From Anthoceros angustus (taxonomy: Eukaryota > Plantae > Anthocerotophyta): DNA of 64,000 nucleotides. The position numbers and the translations under genes are program-made. Below, one piece after another: positions 11,500 to 24,350 of the stretch. The stretch covers positions 1 to 64,000 of the forward strand of contig VJWM01000173.1 of assembly GCA_010909165.1 (NCBI GenBank), in the 5' to 3' direction. Below the pieces are notes generated by a model. It was not told where the DNA came from. It did not search any database and was given only the letters and a program-made list of their open reading frames with translations. The stretch's first letter is position 1, and each line of letters begins with the position of its first letter.

Positions 11500-14400
11500 A
11501 CCCTCATGAACAAGTGGCTATAGAGATGGTGGAGGCACTTGGTGGAGTAGCCGTATTGCCGACTTGATGAGGAAGAGGTAAATTCTTTGCCTAAGGAATT
11601 GAAGAGAATGCATACTGCAACCACATCTTTATGGACCGGAGCCAAAACAAATTTGCTGTCATTTACCTTATTATTGCTTAACGTCGGAGGAGGCATTGTT
11701 GGTCGGATGCATCCGTGAATACTATGTTGGAATTAATAGGAGCTTAGGACTCGACAACAAGTTGCCCAAGAATAGAGTGAGATAAGAAAACTATTGAAGG
11801 ATTTGGCCTGTCTTATAAATCTATACATGCTTGTCCAAATGACTTCTATTATTTCATGGCGAGCTACTCGCTAATGTGCTGCAAGTGTGGGGCAAATAGA
11901 TGAACGGATACAAAGGGCAAAAAATACCGTGAAGGTGTTGCGTTATTTCCCATTAATTCCTAGGTTGAAGCAAATGTTTAGGTGCAAGAAGCTAGCTAGT
12001 ATGATGTCTTGGCATGCAACATTTAAGTCTAGTGATGGGATCATAATACCATCGATGACCAAGCGTGGGAATATGTGGACCAAACATTTCCAGAGTTTGC
12101 TATGGAGACGCGCAATATTCGATTTGGGCTTGCTACTAATGGGATTAACCCGTTTGGACACTAGAGTTCTCAATATTCCATTTGGCGCTACTTGTCAATT
12201 ATAACTTGCTCCATGGATGTCCATACGCAATGGACATATATTATTATCAATGATTATTCTGGTCCAAGCAAGTGAAAATGCGACATTTATTTCCGACCGC
12301 TTATTGAAGAGTTGAAGATATTGTGGGAAGAAGGCATAATAGTGGACGATATTTCTGGAGATGGGAATGCTCAAAAACAATTTAGATTAAAAGCCTTATT
12401 GATGTGGACTATGCACGACTACCGTGATATACGGTCACTTCAAAGCTTCAAACCAAAGGGAAGCGGGCATGTCCAAAATGTTGGGATAAACTTGAAGCAC
12501 GATCACCACTAAAAAAATGACGTATGATAAAAATTCTAGAATGCACTTGCAGGAACACAGTTTAGAGTGGAAGAGAAGGACACATTTGATGGACGTCGGA
12601 TCGCAAGTGTTCTTCCGAGCGATGAACCTACGCAGCTATCGAAGAGAGAGTTTTTACGGAAAACCGCAACTAAGGCATCGTTAGGCCTTGGGGTGTCACA
12701 AGCAATGAACCTTCAATTTTTTGGGAGCTTCCATATTGGGAGGTAGGTGTCGATCCCGTTTTTTTATCCTTCACTTTAATATATCATAAAGTGATTATGC
12801 TTTTTAGAACTTTGTAGCACTAAATGCTTACAATTATCATCAATATGCATATGATGGCTGCAGGTGTTGCTAATTAGACACTTGTTTGATATCATTCACA
12901 TTGGAAAGAACGTTAGTGAACAAATTATGAGGCACATTTGTGGGAGTTTGAAACCCTTGCAGTCGAGATCTCGAACTATCAAATACCAAGCAGAATGGTG
13001 GCCCAAGGAGCCCCAACCTAAACCCAAGCCCAAGGGTAGGGCTAGGCTAGGCTAGGGCCATGGGCCATGGCGGCATGCCAAGCCCCAAGCCAAGTATGGG
13101 CCTAGGCCTAGGCAATCAAGGAAAAGGAAGAGAGGACAAGATGATGCATTTGATGAAGGAAACGCCGGGAACGTGTGCATATACTCCAAAGACCTTGGGT
13201 TCTTGGACATGGCACTAACTATTCTTATCCTAAAGCATTGGAGAAATTGAAGAGAAGGGTTTGCAACATCCGTATGCCCACCGGTATGGGTCCAACTTGA
13301 AACGTTGTTTTAAGAAAGGGACACGAGAGACAATTTCAGCAAGTCCCATGATCATCATCATTTGTTATGTGACATATGGCCAATTGCCTTGAGAGGGTTG
13401 ATACATCCACATGTGCATAAGGCTATATGTGATCTCGCTAACTAATGCGTTGGCTTACCGCAAAAAAGAAATTGTGAAGGATGAGATTCTCGCTATGAAG
13501 GTCAAAATTGCGAGGTGATGTGCATTTTGGAGAGAGTTTCCTACAACATTTCGACAAGCCGTCCATGTTATTCATCCGTGCGGAGGTTGAATTATGTGGG
13601 CCCACACGCTATCGTTGGATGTATTTTCTTGAACGACATATGAAAGTGCTAAAGAACCTTGTACGACAAAAAGCTCGACCGGAAGGAAGCATGGCTTTAG
13701 GATATCTAGCACAAGAGACAATGTTTTACTCTTCGAATTCTTTGGAAATATCCATAATGCAGCTCCGGATGTGGACAATGAAAGAAGATGTTACTCAAAG
13801 TGGGAGTTGTTACAAGGATATGGAAAGATAAAGCGCCGGATGTGGAAAGGAGTCAAGTGAGGAAAGTGATATTAGAGAACTGAGTGGACTAAGCAATGGA
13901 AGAAGTATATGATGACAATGAAATCAAGATCGCCTTTTGTGGAGTGGTTAATCGATGAGGTGGAAGCGATCTAAAAGGGGAGTGCATTAGAAATATATGG
14001 AAAGGAGGTGGTTGCACTTGTAAGAGGGCCATTTGAATCAGCGTTCTTATAGCATGATGTGGGCATATGGACATCATATTCAGACGGATCTTGATCTGGA
14101 AACAAACTTGTGATAGCATCATAACACAACTATATACATTTCTATGTATTGAAAACAGGGTGACTCGAACCCATTGCAGCTGTGATGTTGGAACAAGTGG
14201 AGAGGATTTATGAAGTTGATTTTGGAGTTACTACAAATATAAATGTGCTCAAGGTAAAGTGGTTCCACACCGGAATGAGGATAGGACAGAGAGAAAAGAG
14301 ATGACTCCACTGGTATGGTCATGTTGAATCCAAACAAAACGCGTTATCTCAAGAAAAGCTGAAAGACGAACCATTCGTTATGGTATCTCCGAAATTGGAG

Positions 14401-14500
14401 CGAGCTTTTATGCAAAATACCCAAAAATCTTGGAAACTTGTAGTTGGTACAGCCCCCGTGGAAGACGTGTAGTAGAATGTGACGATTTTGATGGAAGACA
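11500..14500 (+). pseudogene. CACTA Tnp2 transposase pseudogene (Transposase_21, DUF4218 and DUF4216-like segments)
   Basis: Motifs: LSYKSIHACPND (~11810-11845), VLRYFPLIPRLKQMF (11887-12204), LKALLMWTMHDY (12312-12512), DIIHIGKNV (12864-13055), KSHDHHHL (~13340) and CGPTRYRWMYFLERHMKVLKNLVRQKARPEGS (13508-13831). Many stops and frameshifts. Confidence 0.9.
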
Positions 14501-15200
14501 TGTCCATGAAGTGCTGGAATACAAGGATGACATGGAAGACGAGGATATCGATAGAAGACACGAAGTGGAAGATGATCATGAGCATATCGATGGAACTAGA
14601 TATGTAGTGGAAGATAACGATGAAATGGAAGATGAGGATATCGATGGAATATACGTTGTTGAAGATGACATGGAAGATGAAGATATTGATGGAAGACATG
14701 TAATCGAAGACGGTACATAGAAGATGAGGATATTGATGAAAGACATGTAGTCGAAGATGAAGATGACATGGAAGATGAAGACGACGGAAGATGAAGAGGG
14801 GAAGATGATGGTGATAGTGATGATGAGGATGACAAGGAAGATGGATGATGAGGAAGACGAGGATGCAGAGAGGATATCGATGAAGAGACTACGGAAGATG
14901 AGGAGGGTAGCGAAAATGAGAAGGACATGGAATCAAGACGAGGACGCCAACAAGGAAGAAGAGGAAGATGAGGACAACAAGGAAGAAGAGGAAGATGTGG
15001 AAAAGGGAAGATGAAGAGGAAAGTAAAGATGAGGATGATAAGGAAGATGAGGATGAAAGCAAAGATGAGGATGAAAGCAAAGATGAGGATGACAAGGAAG
15101 ATGAGGATGAAAGCAAAGACGAGGATGACAAGGAAGATGAGGATGAAAGCAAAGATGAGGACGAAAGCGAAGAAGGATGACAATAAAAAGATGAGGACAA
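14480..15200 (+). repeat. Acidic (D/E-coding) low-complexity repeats at the end of the Tnp2 region
   Basis: About 5 copies of an EDEDIDGRHVVEDD-coding unit, followed by GATGAGGATGAAAGCAAA-type repeats (DEDESKDEDDKE). Confidence 0.85.
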
Positions 15201-15659
15201 TAAATGAATGAGCTATAGATATCATCTTATTACATCGATGAGGAATTGAGAATGAGCGATACGTCATGTATGCGGTGTTAAAGGTTTTGAAATTTCAAAA
15301 TGTGATACAATGCTTGGGGTTTGAGTTTGGTCTTAATTATAACATATACAAGGCTTGCTTATAATGTGTGAATTATTTTTACGATGGTGCGGACTCGAAC
15401 CATGAGCCCCTTATAATCGAACATATATACTTCTAGTTCATTTCGTCGTAATGCCTTTGTCATTAAAGTGTTGATCTAGTTTCCTCCGGTACTTTTGCCA
15501 ACGATAGTAGCATGTACATCCTCGACTATTCCACTTGTCCTTTCTTTGGATAAACAAAGATAGTCAAACCAAACCAAACCAAACCCAAGCAAATATTAGC
15601 CTTCCTCATAGCAAACATCCTTTCCCGAGCTTGATGGGCCTTATGAAAGGAAAGGGTAC

Positions 15660-18480
15660 ATAGACGTGGGACAAGGAAACAATGCAAAGACATACTTATC
15701 CTTGAAGTAATCTCCGTAGATATTCAAGGAGGCCTTGAGCTTTCTCGGCACATGCTTTGTTAGTAAGAAATGTAATGAGAGCATGAATTCCCTAGAGAAG
15801 TTTAATCACGAAGTAAATTCGACCGGTGAGACGAGTGACTACTGCAGATCCAGAATCGACCAAGGCTAACTAGACGATTAGCAAACTATATGAAGGCATT
15901 AGAATTTCATATGGCCCACAAAAGGCGGAACCACCACCTCCCCATCAAAATCTAAATCCCCAATCTATTCACTAATATACGCTCATTCAAATACCGAAGC
16001 TGAACATATGGGAACTCGAACGATACGATGAGGCGGACTCGAACTATGAGCCTTTTGAACATACTCCCAATTGATTTGTGCACCTTAAAATGCCTTTGTC
16101 ATCCATCTAATTTCCTTGAGTACTTTTGCCAATGGTAGCGATGTAACTATGCCAAGCTATAGCTTGTCTAGCCTTTCTCGACAAAACAAAGATAATCAAC
16201 CTTCCAAGATGAAACGTTAACCCCAACTGTTTTAGTGAAAACCGCTCCCAAAATCACCCTTGTGCCCCAATCTATTCAATACTAATTGCAAGTAGCCTCC
16301 TCGCATCAAACATCCCTTGTTGGCTCTCTATGCAAGGAAAAGGTAGCATCTCCTAGAAGAAACGAGCTCCAATATTGTGCAAGAGATCAAGGGCCGTGTT
16401 GCTTGCCCGACAATATGACCGCCATACAATGGCGCCAAAGACCGACAATGTCTTGCTATACAATGGCGCCTAACGACAATGGCTTGCCATACAATGGCGC
16501 CTAATGCCCGAGAATGGCTTGCCATACAATGGCACAACGCCCAACAATAATGCCCATTAACGCCCAACTATGGCGCCCAATTAACACCCAACAATGGCGC
16601 CCAACGCACAACAATAATGGCGCCCAATTAACGCCCAACTGTGGCGCCCAAATAACGCCTAACAATGGCGTCCAACGCCCAACAATGGCGCCCAATTAAC
16701 GCCCAACAATGGTGCCCAATGCCCGACAATGGCTGGCCATACAATGGTGCCCAAATAACGTCCAACAATAGCGCCAACAATAATGGCGCCCAATGCTCAA
16801 CTATGACACACAATTAACGCCCAATAATGGCGCCCAATGCTCAACTATGACGCACAATTAACGCCCAATAATGGCGCCCAACGCCCAACAATAATGGGAC
16901 CCAACGCTCAACTATGGCGCTCAATTAACGCCCAAAATTGCCCAATACAATATGCCAAATTTAAAATACCCCACCGCTCTCCCGCCTTCCACCCCCATCA
17001 AAACTCTTCCTCGTTATCCCCGCCCCACTTCCCTAAAGGAAAGAGTATGTAGTCGAGAAAGCAACAATGCAAAGACATACTTATCCTTGAAGTAATCTTA
17101 GATTTTCCGAGGAACCGCCTAGAGCTTTCAAACATGCTATACTCTTTGCTAGTAAGAAATGTAATGAGGGCATGAATTTTCTAGAGAAGTTTAATCACAA
17201 AGTAAATTCGGTGAGACGAGCAGTGACTACAAGAAGATCTAATCTAGCCAAGGCTAACTAGATGATTAAAAGACTATATGGAAGCATTAGAACTTCATAT
17301 GGCCCAAAAGGCGAACCGCCACCTCCCCATCAAAATCTAAACCCCAATCTATTTACTAATATACACGATTCAAATTTCCAAGACGCTGAACGTGGGAACT
17401 CGAACATACGATGAGGCGGGACTCGTACTATGAGTCCCTTTTCAACATACTCCCAATTGATTTGTACACCTTACAATGCCTTTGTCATCATGATCCAATT
17501 TCCATGGGTACTTTTGCCAATGGTAGCAGAGTAACCATGCCAAGCTATAGCTTGTCTAGCCTTTCTCTGGATAAACAAAGATAATCAACCTTCCAAGATG
17601 AAAATGTTAACCGTGCTTGCGCCGACAAATATGATCGGCTATACAATGGTGCCGGCCAAGGGCTTGTCAACAATGGCGCCCAACGCCCAACAACAATGGC
17701 TTGTCATTCAATGGTGCCCAACGCCCAACAATAATGGCGCCCAATGCCTAACTATGGCGCCTGTCAATGGCTTGCCATTCAAAGGTGCCCAACGCCCAAC
17801 AATAATGGCGCCTAATTAATGCCTAACTATGGCACCCAATGGCTTGCCATACAATGGCGCCTAACGCCGACAATGGCTTGCCATTTGATGGTGCCCAACG
17901 CCCAACAATAATGGCGCCCAAATAACGCCTAACAATGGCGCCAATGCCCAATTATGGCCCAATTAACGCCCAACAATGGCGCAACGCCCGATGTGGCTGG
18001 CCATAGAATGGTGCCCAAATAACACCCAATAATAATGGCGAATGCCCAACAATGGCGCCTAATGCCCGACAATGGCTGGCCATACAATGGTGCCCAAACA
18101 AATAACGCCCAATAATAATGGCGCCCAACGCCCAACAATGGCGCCCAATTAATGCCCAACAATGGCGCCAACACCAACAATGGCGCCCAATTAACGCCCA
18201 ACAATGGCGCTTAACGCCCAACTATGGCGCCCAATTAACGCCTAACAATGGCGTCCAACACCAACAATGGTACCAAATTAACGCCCAACAATGGCGCCCA
18301 ATTAACGCCCAACAATGGCGCCTATTAATGCCCAACAATGGCGTCCTACTAACGCCTAACAATGGCGCCAAGTAATGCCTAACCAATGGCGCCCGCTTAA
18401 CGCCTCGACAATGGTGCCCAACGCCCAACAATGGCACCCAATTAACGCGCTGGCGCCCGACAATGGCTGGCCATACAATG
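15660..18480. repeat. Internal ~1.4-kb direct duplication (15660-16950 vs 17060-18480); each copy ends in an ATGGCGCCCAA satellite
   Basis: caatgcaaagacatacttatccttgaagtaatct starts both copies (15680, 17065) and colinear similarity continues. GGCGCC-rich ~24-bp unit arrays lie at ~16410-16940 and ~17620-18480. A partial third copy lies at ~15380-15600. Confidence 0.85.
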
Positions 18481-18769
18481 GCCCGCGAAAGGTAAGCATG
18501 TACGAACATGTACCATCGGGCAGGCGCACTTGCTTGTGGGCATAGAGGTGGTACCGCCACAATAAGAACACTAAAGAAAATGCTAAAGAGCGTGACGTAC
18601 TAGTATTAGAGCACTAGCGCCCCTCTCAACTTTTTCCCTCTCCATGCATGTGTGGGGATTAATGGAGTGCGAGCCGCCGAGTGGCACGCCCGCATTTGAA
18701 TGGACGCTCATCATGCCCCCACAAAATAACCCCAATCAAATTTAAAATAGCCTCCCGCCTCACATTTTG

Positions 18770-19470
18770 AAGAAAATGCTTTACAACGTAATCTACAACA
18801 AGGGAATCACGTCATCAATCGTTGTAAATGGCCTCCTATCATATTTTTGTGATTAATAACAATAATAAAGAGTTTAAAAAATAAAGAACACATTTTGAGA
18901 AAATTACTTTACAACGTAATCTACAAGGAGCCATGTCATCAATCGTTGTAAATGGCCTCCTATCATATTTTTGTGATTAATAATAATAATAAAGAGTTAA
19001 ACAAATAAAGAACACATTTTGAGAAAATGTTTTACAACGTAATCTACAACAAGGGAGCCATGTCATCAATCGTTGTAAATGGCCTCCTATCATATTTTTG
19101 TGATTAATAATAATAATAAAGAGTTTTGAAGAAATAAAGAACAAATTTTGAGAAAAAGGCTTTACAACGTAATCTACAACAAGGGAGCCAGTCATCGCAT
19201 GTTGTAAATGGCTTCCAATCATATTTTGTGATTAATAATAATAACAAAGAGTTTTGAAGAAATAAAGAACAAATTTTGAGAAAAAGGCTTTACAACGTAA
19301 TCTACAACAAGGGAGCCACGCATCGCATACCGTTGTAAATGGCTTCCAATCATATTTTGTGATTAGTGATGTTAATAAAGATTTTAGAAAAATAAAGATC
19401 AAATTTTGAAAAAGCTTTACAACGTAATCTACAACGTGGAGCCACGTCATCAATCCGTTGTTGTAAATGA
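18770..19470. repeat. Six ~127-bp subterminal repeats of the CACTA element, each with an inverted TTTACAACG...CGTTGTAAA pair
   Basis: ttacaacgtaatctac occurs at 18781, 18909, 19032, 19162, 19289 and 19417. Confidence 0.9.
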
Positions 19471-20289
19471 GCACCCAAAAGAGTGCCACATCATCCAACT
19501 AGAAACCCCGCTGTAAACCGAGTCTTAAAACTTGCCACATCAACAAACTCAAACCAATTTACAACGGAGGTGTTTAGACGTTGTAAAGATTGGGGATTTG
19601 CAAAAGGGTTTTGTAAAACACCCCTCTCCCTAGTAGTGCGGAACTGCCGCTGACAAAACAAGGAAATTGTCATCAGATGGTGATGATTGAGCACTTCCAA
19701 GTGGGTGGAGGTAGCTCGCCTCAAAGAACCTCATATTACACCAAGAGCCTTCCGCAGTGTGTACTAAGCAGACGAAGTTGTGGAGGTGCTCACGATCAAG
19801 GCAATGAATTCAGAGGAGAATTCCGACGTTGGATGTAAGTCCGATTGATCACAGGAGAACGCCCAGGGATCATCCTCAAGCTGATGGTTTGGCCAAAAGG
19901 TTGGTTCAGACATTCAAGGACGCCCTCAGGAAGTACTGCATCACTGTGGAACCCAAGTGCCGGATGAATTACTTCCTATATTGTGTTGGGTTATAGAGTG
20001 CGTGCAGATTGGGAAGCTTCCGCTTCATGTTGTTCTAAGGAATGCGCTTTGCCCAATGTGGTGCAAGATAAATATTCTACTCCTCAGATTGGAGTAGGAA
20101 TATGGAGGTGTGCTTACAAGTGCAAGCTAGAGCGTAAATGTTCAAGGATTCGCATGGCTATGGACAATCTATTGCACAAAGACAGAGACCGTGAGATATG
20201 CTCACACGCTGGGGCTCATGGAAGCCAAGGCCGTGAAATTCGCACTGTGAGATTATGTGTACACAACAGTACAAAGAAGCACATTAGAT

Positions 20290-23200
20290 GTCAAGACCGT
20301 AGGTTGATTCTCGTGGTGGTAAATGTGGGTGAGCAAGGAGTAGTGGAACTCAAGGACGGATGGCGTAAGATGCAAGGAGCACATGAAACATTTAGCTCCA
20401 TGTCACTTACCAAATCTTGATGAGAATTGTTCCTCAAACATGGGTACCACCAGGATTTGCCTTGTGAGGCATGCGGCACACCACGATGAAGAGCTTATGC
20501 TCTTATGTGCAACAGAGGCTATCATATTTTCGCCTAACACTGACGATGGAAATTCTAAGGAATTGGCTATGTGAACATTGTGATTCAACAAGTTTGCATG
20601 CGCCCATGGCTCTATCTACCGGAGTAATGAAGAAGCGTGCACACAGGCAGGAGTTGGAGCGTAACACTCCGGCCTGGCGTGTTGAAATGGGTACAAGAGG
20701 GCGAGAGGCGAATAGCGAGAGTAAATTGCAAGAGGAAAGTTAAATGCGGGCGTATCTTGACAACGATTCCTTGTTGCCAAGCGCCAACAAGGCAACAGCG
20801 AGGTGTGCTATTCTTGAGAGTGCTCCTCTTGGGAATCACTCACCGGTTCTGCAATTGTTCACTTCCTGAGAATTTGTGATGGTAAGACAGCGGTGTGGAA
20901 GACGGCACGGTGGCAGTCGGCTTTGCGGTGGAGAGTCTTCCTCGGTGGGGGCTCGACAATCCGAGGCAGTGTTCTCTTCTGAGGCGTGCAAAGTTGGTTC
21001 AAGTTGGATGGATCGAGTTCACGAACCATATGCGGGCGGAGGCGGACTACAAGCCCTAGCGCCAATTAGCGAAGAGGTGTCTGGAATTGGTCAGTCACCC
21101 AAGCGCAGAGAGGAGGCCGCAGCCAGGCCGGTGAAGAGGAGATGGAGGCTCACCAAGTTTGGCGGTGTGGGCAGGCCTGGCGAGGGCTAAGGAAGATGCT
21201 TCAAAACCTAGCGTGCAGGGAACACCTCCGTCATGCAGCGCCTGGCGTGAGAAGGAGGCGGTGCACTGGGACAAGGGCTCGGCGAGGGGACGGTTTGCTC
21301 CTCTGAGACACACAAGAATCATGAGAGCGGCATGCACGATCGTCGAGTTCTTTGTGAGGTAGTGCCACCAAAGGTGTGCAAGTGTGGCAACAGTGCGGCC
21401 CTCAACGGCGCGTTCCTCGACTCTGCGAACAGAGCCCGGCAAATGGGATCTCTGCGGGCATATCGGAGAGATTCCTCCGATTGAGTTTTAAGGAGCTCGG
21501 TGAGTTCACTGTATGTGGAGGCACCATGAGCGTGTCGGTGGAGTTTACCCAGACCACCGTGATTTGTTTGAGTTACGCAGAGGACTCCAGGCCATGTCCT
21601 GGACATGGACAGCCTATTGTGAAGGAGCCTGGCGCAAAATCCAGCACCACTTCTTCATGCATCAAATGTTTGACGGTTTGAGGTTGCCCAAGGAGTTGAT
21701 CATGTGGGAGGACAGGGTGCCACAGAGGTTAGTCTATCTGAAAGATTGGCTTCTGTTTTTCCATCACCTCAAGACAGGCCATACAGTTGTCGGATGGCCT
21801 AGGCAATTTTATCGTGTCATAGACAAGTTGAAGATCCCCATTGAGCGAGCATGTAATGGATTGAGGACGAGGAAGGCATTTCGTTCTTTGCAGTCGAGAA
21901 CCACACATGGTCATTCATTCAAAACTGTTTTGATTATCGAGCAGGAGGGTGACAGTCCGATTTTGGCAGTTTCTTGCTCTTGGAGTCAAGCTTTGAGAGA
22001 TCAAGCGAACACCTGGAAGAATCGGATGATGAGGATTTGGAGAGTGATGCAGATCCTCCACCTCGTCTCACACCTGCAGAGCGTCTGCAGAAAGGATGGT
22101 TTGGTTTCTGGTAAGTAGTGTTTTCAGCTACTGGATTGTGGCTGACAGTTTTGATGTGGAAAAGCTGTGGGTTTTTCACCCCCAGATTTTCCAGGGGGGC
22201 TGTTCGCGGTCGGAGGCTATTTTGCCTCCCTTTGCCTTTGTTCCTTGGCTAAGGCCAGGAACTTTGCTGCCCAAGGCCAAAGAGGAAGAACTTGGTGTCC
22301 TTCCCCAAGGCCAAGGGCAATTTTCTTCTTTGTGGTAGAGGAATGCAGGGTCAGCCACCAGCATGCGCCTATGCGCCATTGCGCGATCCTCATTAAAGGC
22401 GCCATAAAGACATCGAAATTCTGGCGATACTAGCCTGTGCACAATCAACTGCATGATCACATTTGTCCTTGTGCTCGCCCATGGTGGCATATTGTGCACG
22501 ACAATGTAACAAGCCATATGGATGTGTTTGCAGACCTGTGTCCAAATGGATTGAAGCCATCTGTGCACAATGCAAACCTCACATTTCGTTCCTCTTCCCC
22601 AAAGCCGTCCACGGCATCAAGAGCTGTCCAAGCTGGTGTGTCAGCCATGATGGTCATGTCCCCGTCCTGGCTCTGTTTGCCCACATACCATGTCATCATC
22701 TCGGCTGTATGTGGCATTTGAAACATTCGCGCCAGTCGTGCCTTCAACGGAAAATGCCAAAGCACCTTCCGCGGTATTTCATCCTCCTCATCAAACCCTT
22801 CCCTAAAACGTGTGACATTACGGGCAATGCGTGTAGTGGTACTCCCCTAAATAAACACGGTCCGCTCACGGCGGTGGATTTTCTCGTACCTTGGCCCAAA
22901 CATGTATAAAAGTGCCTTGGCCTCGTACATGTCTTTAGCAGTTCGGGTGGCGAATATCGGTGCCAATTAGCGCAAAAGTCTGTCATGGCGGCGTCATCGA
23001 TGTCATACATTGATTGCCAAGACAATATAAGAGTGTGGCGCTTAGCTGCTTTCCTTGAACCATGCCCTTGCGGATGTGGTACAAGGCGTTCACCGCCTCC
23101 CGACGCGCCCATCCTCCTCGCTTCCCCCGTTCGCCCGGCGGTTGCCGCCAACAACTCATCCTTTGTGCGCCTCTTTCTCCCGGGCTTGAGGAGGTGAGGG

Positions 23201-24350
23201 GTCCGGAGCAAGCTCTTGCCCTTCCTGCCGGGAGACTGCTCGGTGGGCCGCTGACCTCTCGCCTCCTTGGGCCACCCCTTTCTCGCCTCCTACCGCCTCA
23301 CCTCTTTGCCTGCAAGGTGGTGGGTACCGCACCTTCCGAGGTGCCAGGCGCGGCACCGCCTTCCGCCTCGGCCCCGCTGAGTTCGCCGGGGCTCAGCAGT
23401 GGTTGTTGGTCAGTCGTGCCGAGCCGCCAACGCCTCCCAGACGCCTCCTCCCGGCCGCCCGAGGGGGCACCAAAAGGAGGGAAGGGGAATCGCCTCCCAA
23501 ACTCGGGTGGTGAGGGGTTCGCCCACGATGGAGTCCGGAATCCTCCTCCGCCCTCCTCCCGAGTCCGCTTGGTCTTCAAGGACTCACCCCCACCTTGCAC
23601 GCCTACTCGTGGCCTCCCCTTCCCGAGCGCCTGCCAAGCTCTCCTCCTTCAGAGCTCGAAATGTCCCCATACATGAATCGGGGTATGGGTCACCGATGGC
23701 GAGGGCTTCGCCCTTAGCTTGCGTGTCCCGATCGAACCGGCTAAGATAATCCTTCCCACCGCCTTTTCCTCACCGAGCGCATGCAGAATACTAATAGTTA
23801 TCACCAAGGTGATCCACCTTGGTGAGTGTGTTCCAATGGATAATGATCCGGCTACCGCCTTACTCGACCGCCCGCAGATCGGATATCAACCATCCGCTGG
23901 TTGTCCTGCCTGTGCCCGCAGCCGGCTGGGGCCCTATCTTCCCTTCGCCTTAAGGGGCCTGCACCACACCCCTTCTTCCTCCTTCTAAGCGGTTAGGCCA
24001 TCCTCAGACCTCCAAGGTCCATCGCCTGGTCCTCCCGAGGTTCTTGGATCGACCTCCTTGTTGATCGCCGCCAAAGATTTTCCGCAAACTCCTGACTAGA
24101 GTGACGTTGTCAAAGGTCCGCACTATTTGGAACACGCCCATGCCACTCCGCACCAATCCTCGCCTCCACCAGGCCCAAGTCCGGATAGCGCCGGGTCACA
24201 ATGGTCCGTACCGCTGGCCCATGCCCTTGCATCACTTGGCGAAGGCAATGAACTCTGGAGACGTGAGCTGGAATACGGCCTCGCGACGCCTCCACGCACT
24301 CTCGGCAAGGGCTGAACATGTACACGGCATCTGCATCTCGTGGCATTCTC
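20290..24350 (-). mobile_element. Second, GC-richer CACTA Tnp2 transposase pseudogene on the opposite strand
   Basis: Transposase-associated domain FSPCRECV...HCL...EWHG (24110-24346), MTW...DGDM...AWTALD...FGEEERNVRFALCTDGFNPF (22457-22765) and APLMRIAQWRIG (22217-22405), plus weaker DUF4218/DUF4216-like pieces (20291-21606). Termini were not found. Confidence 0.75.

Larger units (their letters stand above)
8813..19638 (+). mobile_element. CACTA (En/Spm) DNA transposon, ~10.8 kb, decayed
   Basis: The left end reads CACTAGTAG (8813) and the right end CTAGTAGTG (19630-19638; reverse complement CACTACTAG). TTTACAACG/CGTTGTAAA subterminal motifs occur at both ends, and a Tnp2 pseudogene lies inside. 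The flanking 3-mers (GCT and CGG) do not match, so no target-site duplication is seen. Confidence 0.75.

Noticed and set aside
14349-15267. Hydrophobic FILIF-repeat ORFs resembling membrane proteins
   Set aside because: They are the antisense reading of the GAT/GAA acidic repeats.
15388-15398. Perfect Pol III B-box (GGTTCGAGTCC on the minus strand), with decayed copies near 16035 and 17420
   Set aside because: There is no cloverleaf and no properly spaced A box, and one such match is not unexpected by chance in 64 kb. No tRNA or SINE is called.
16286-18571. Repetitive ORFs (QQWRPINA, NNGAQLTP) suggesting an ice-nucleation-like or structural repeat protein
   Set aside because: They are short, occur in all frames and both strands, and are broken by indels. 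They are by-products of the satellite.
19640-22200. Plus-strand ORFs that at first resembled a DIRS or gypsy RT-RNase H (YLD, DAS and TTV motifs)
   Set aside because: The minus strand gives a colinear continuation of the CACTA Tnp2 anchored by the unambiguous TDGFNPF motif. The plus-strand matches are only 3-4 residues each.
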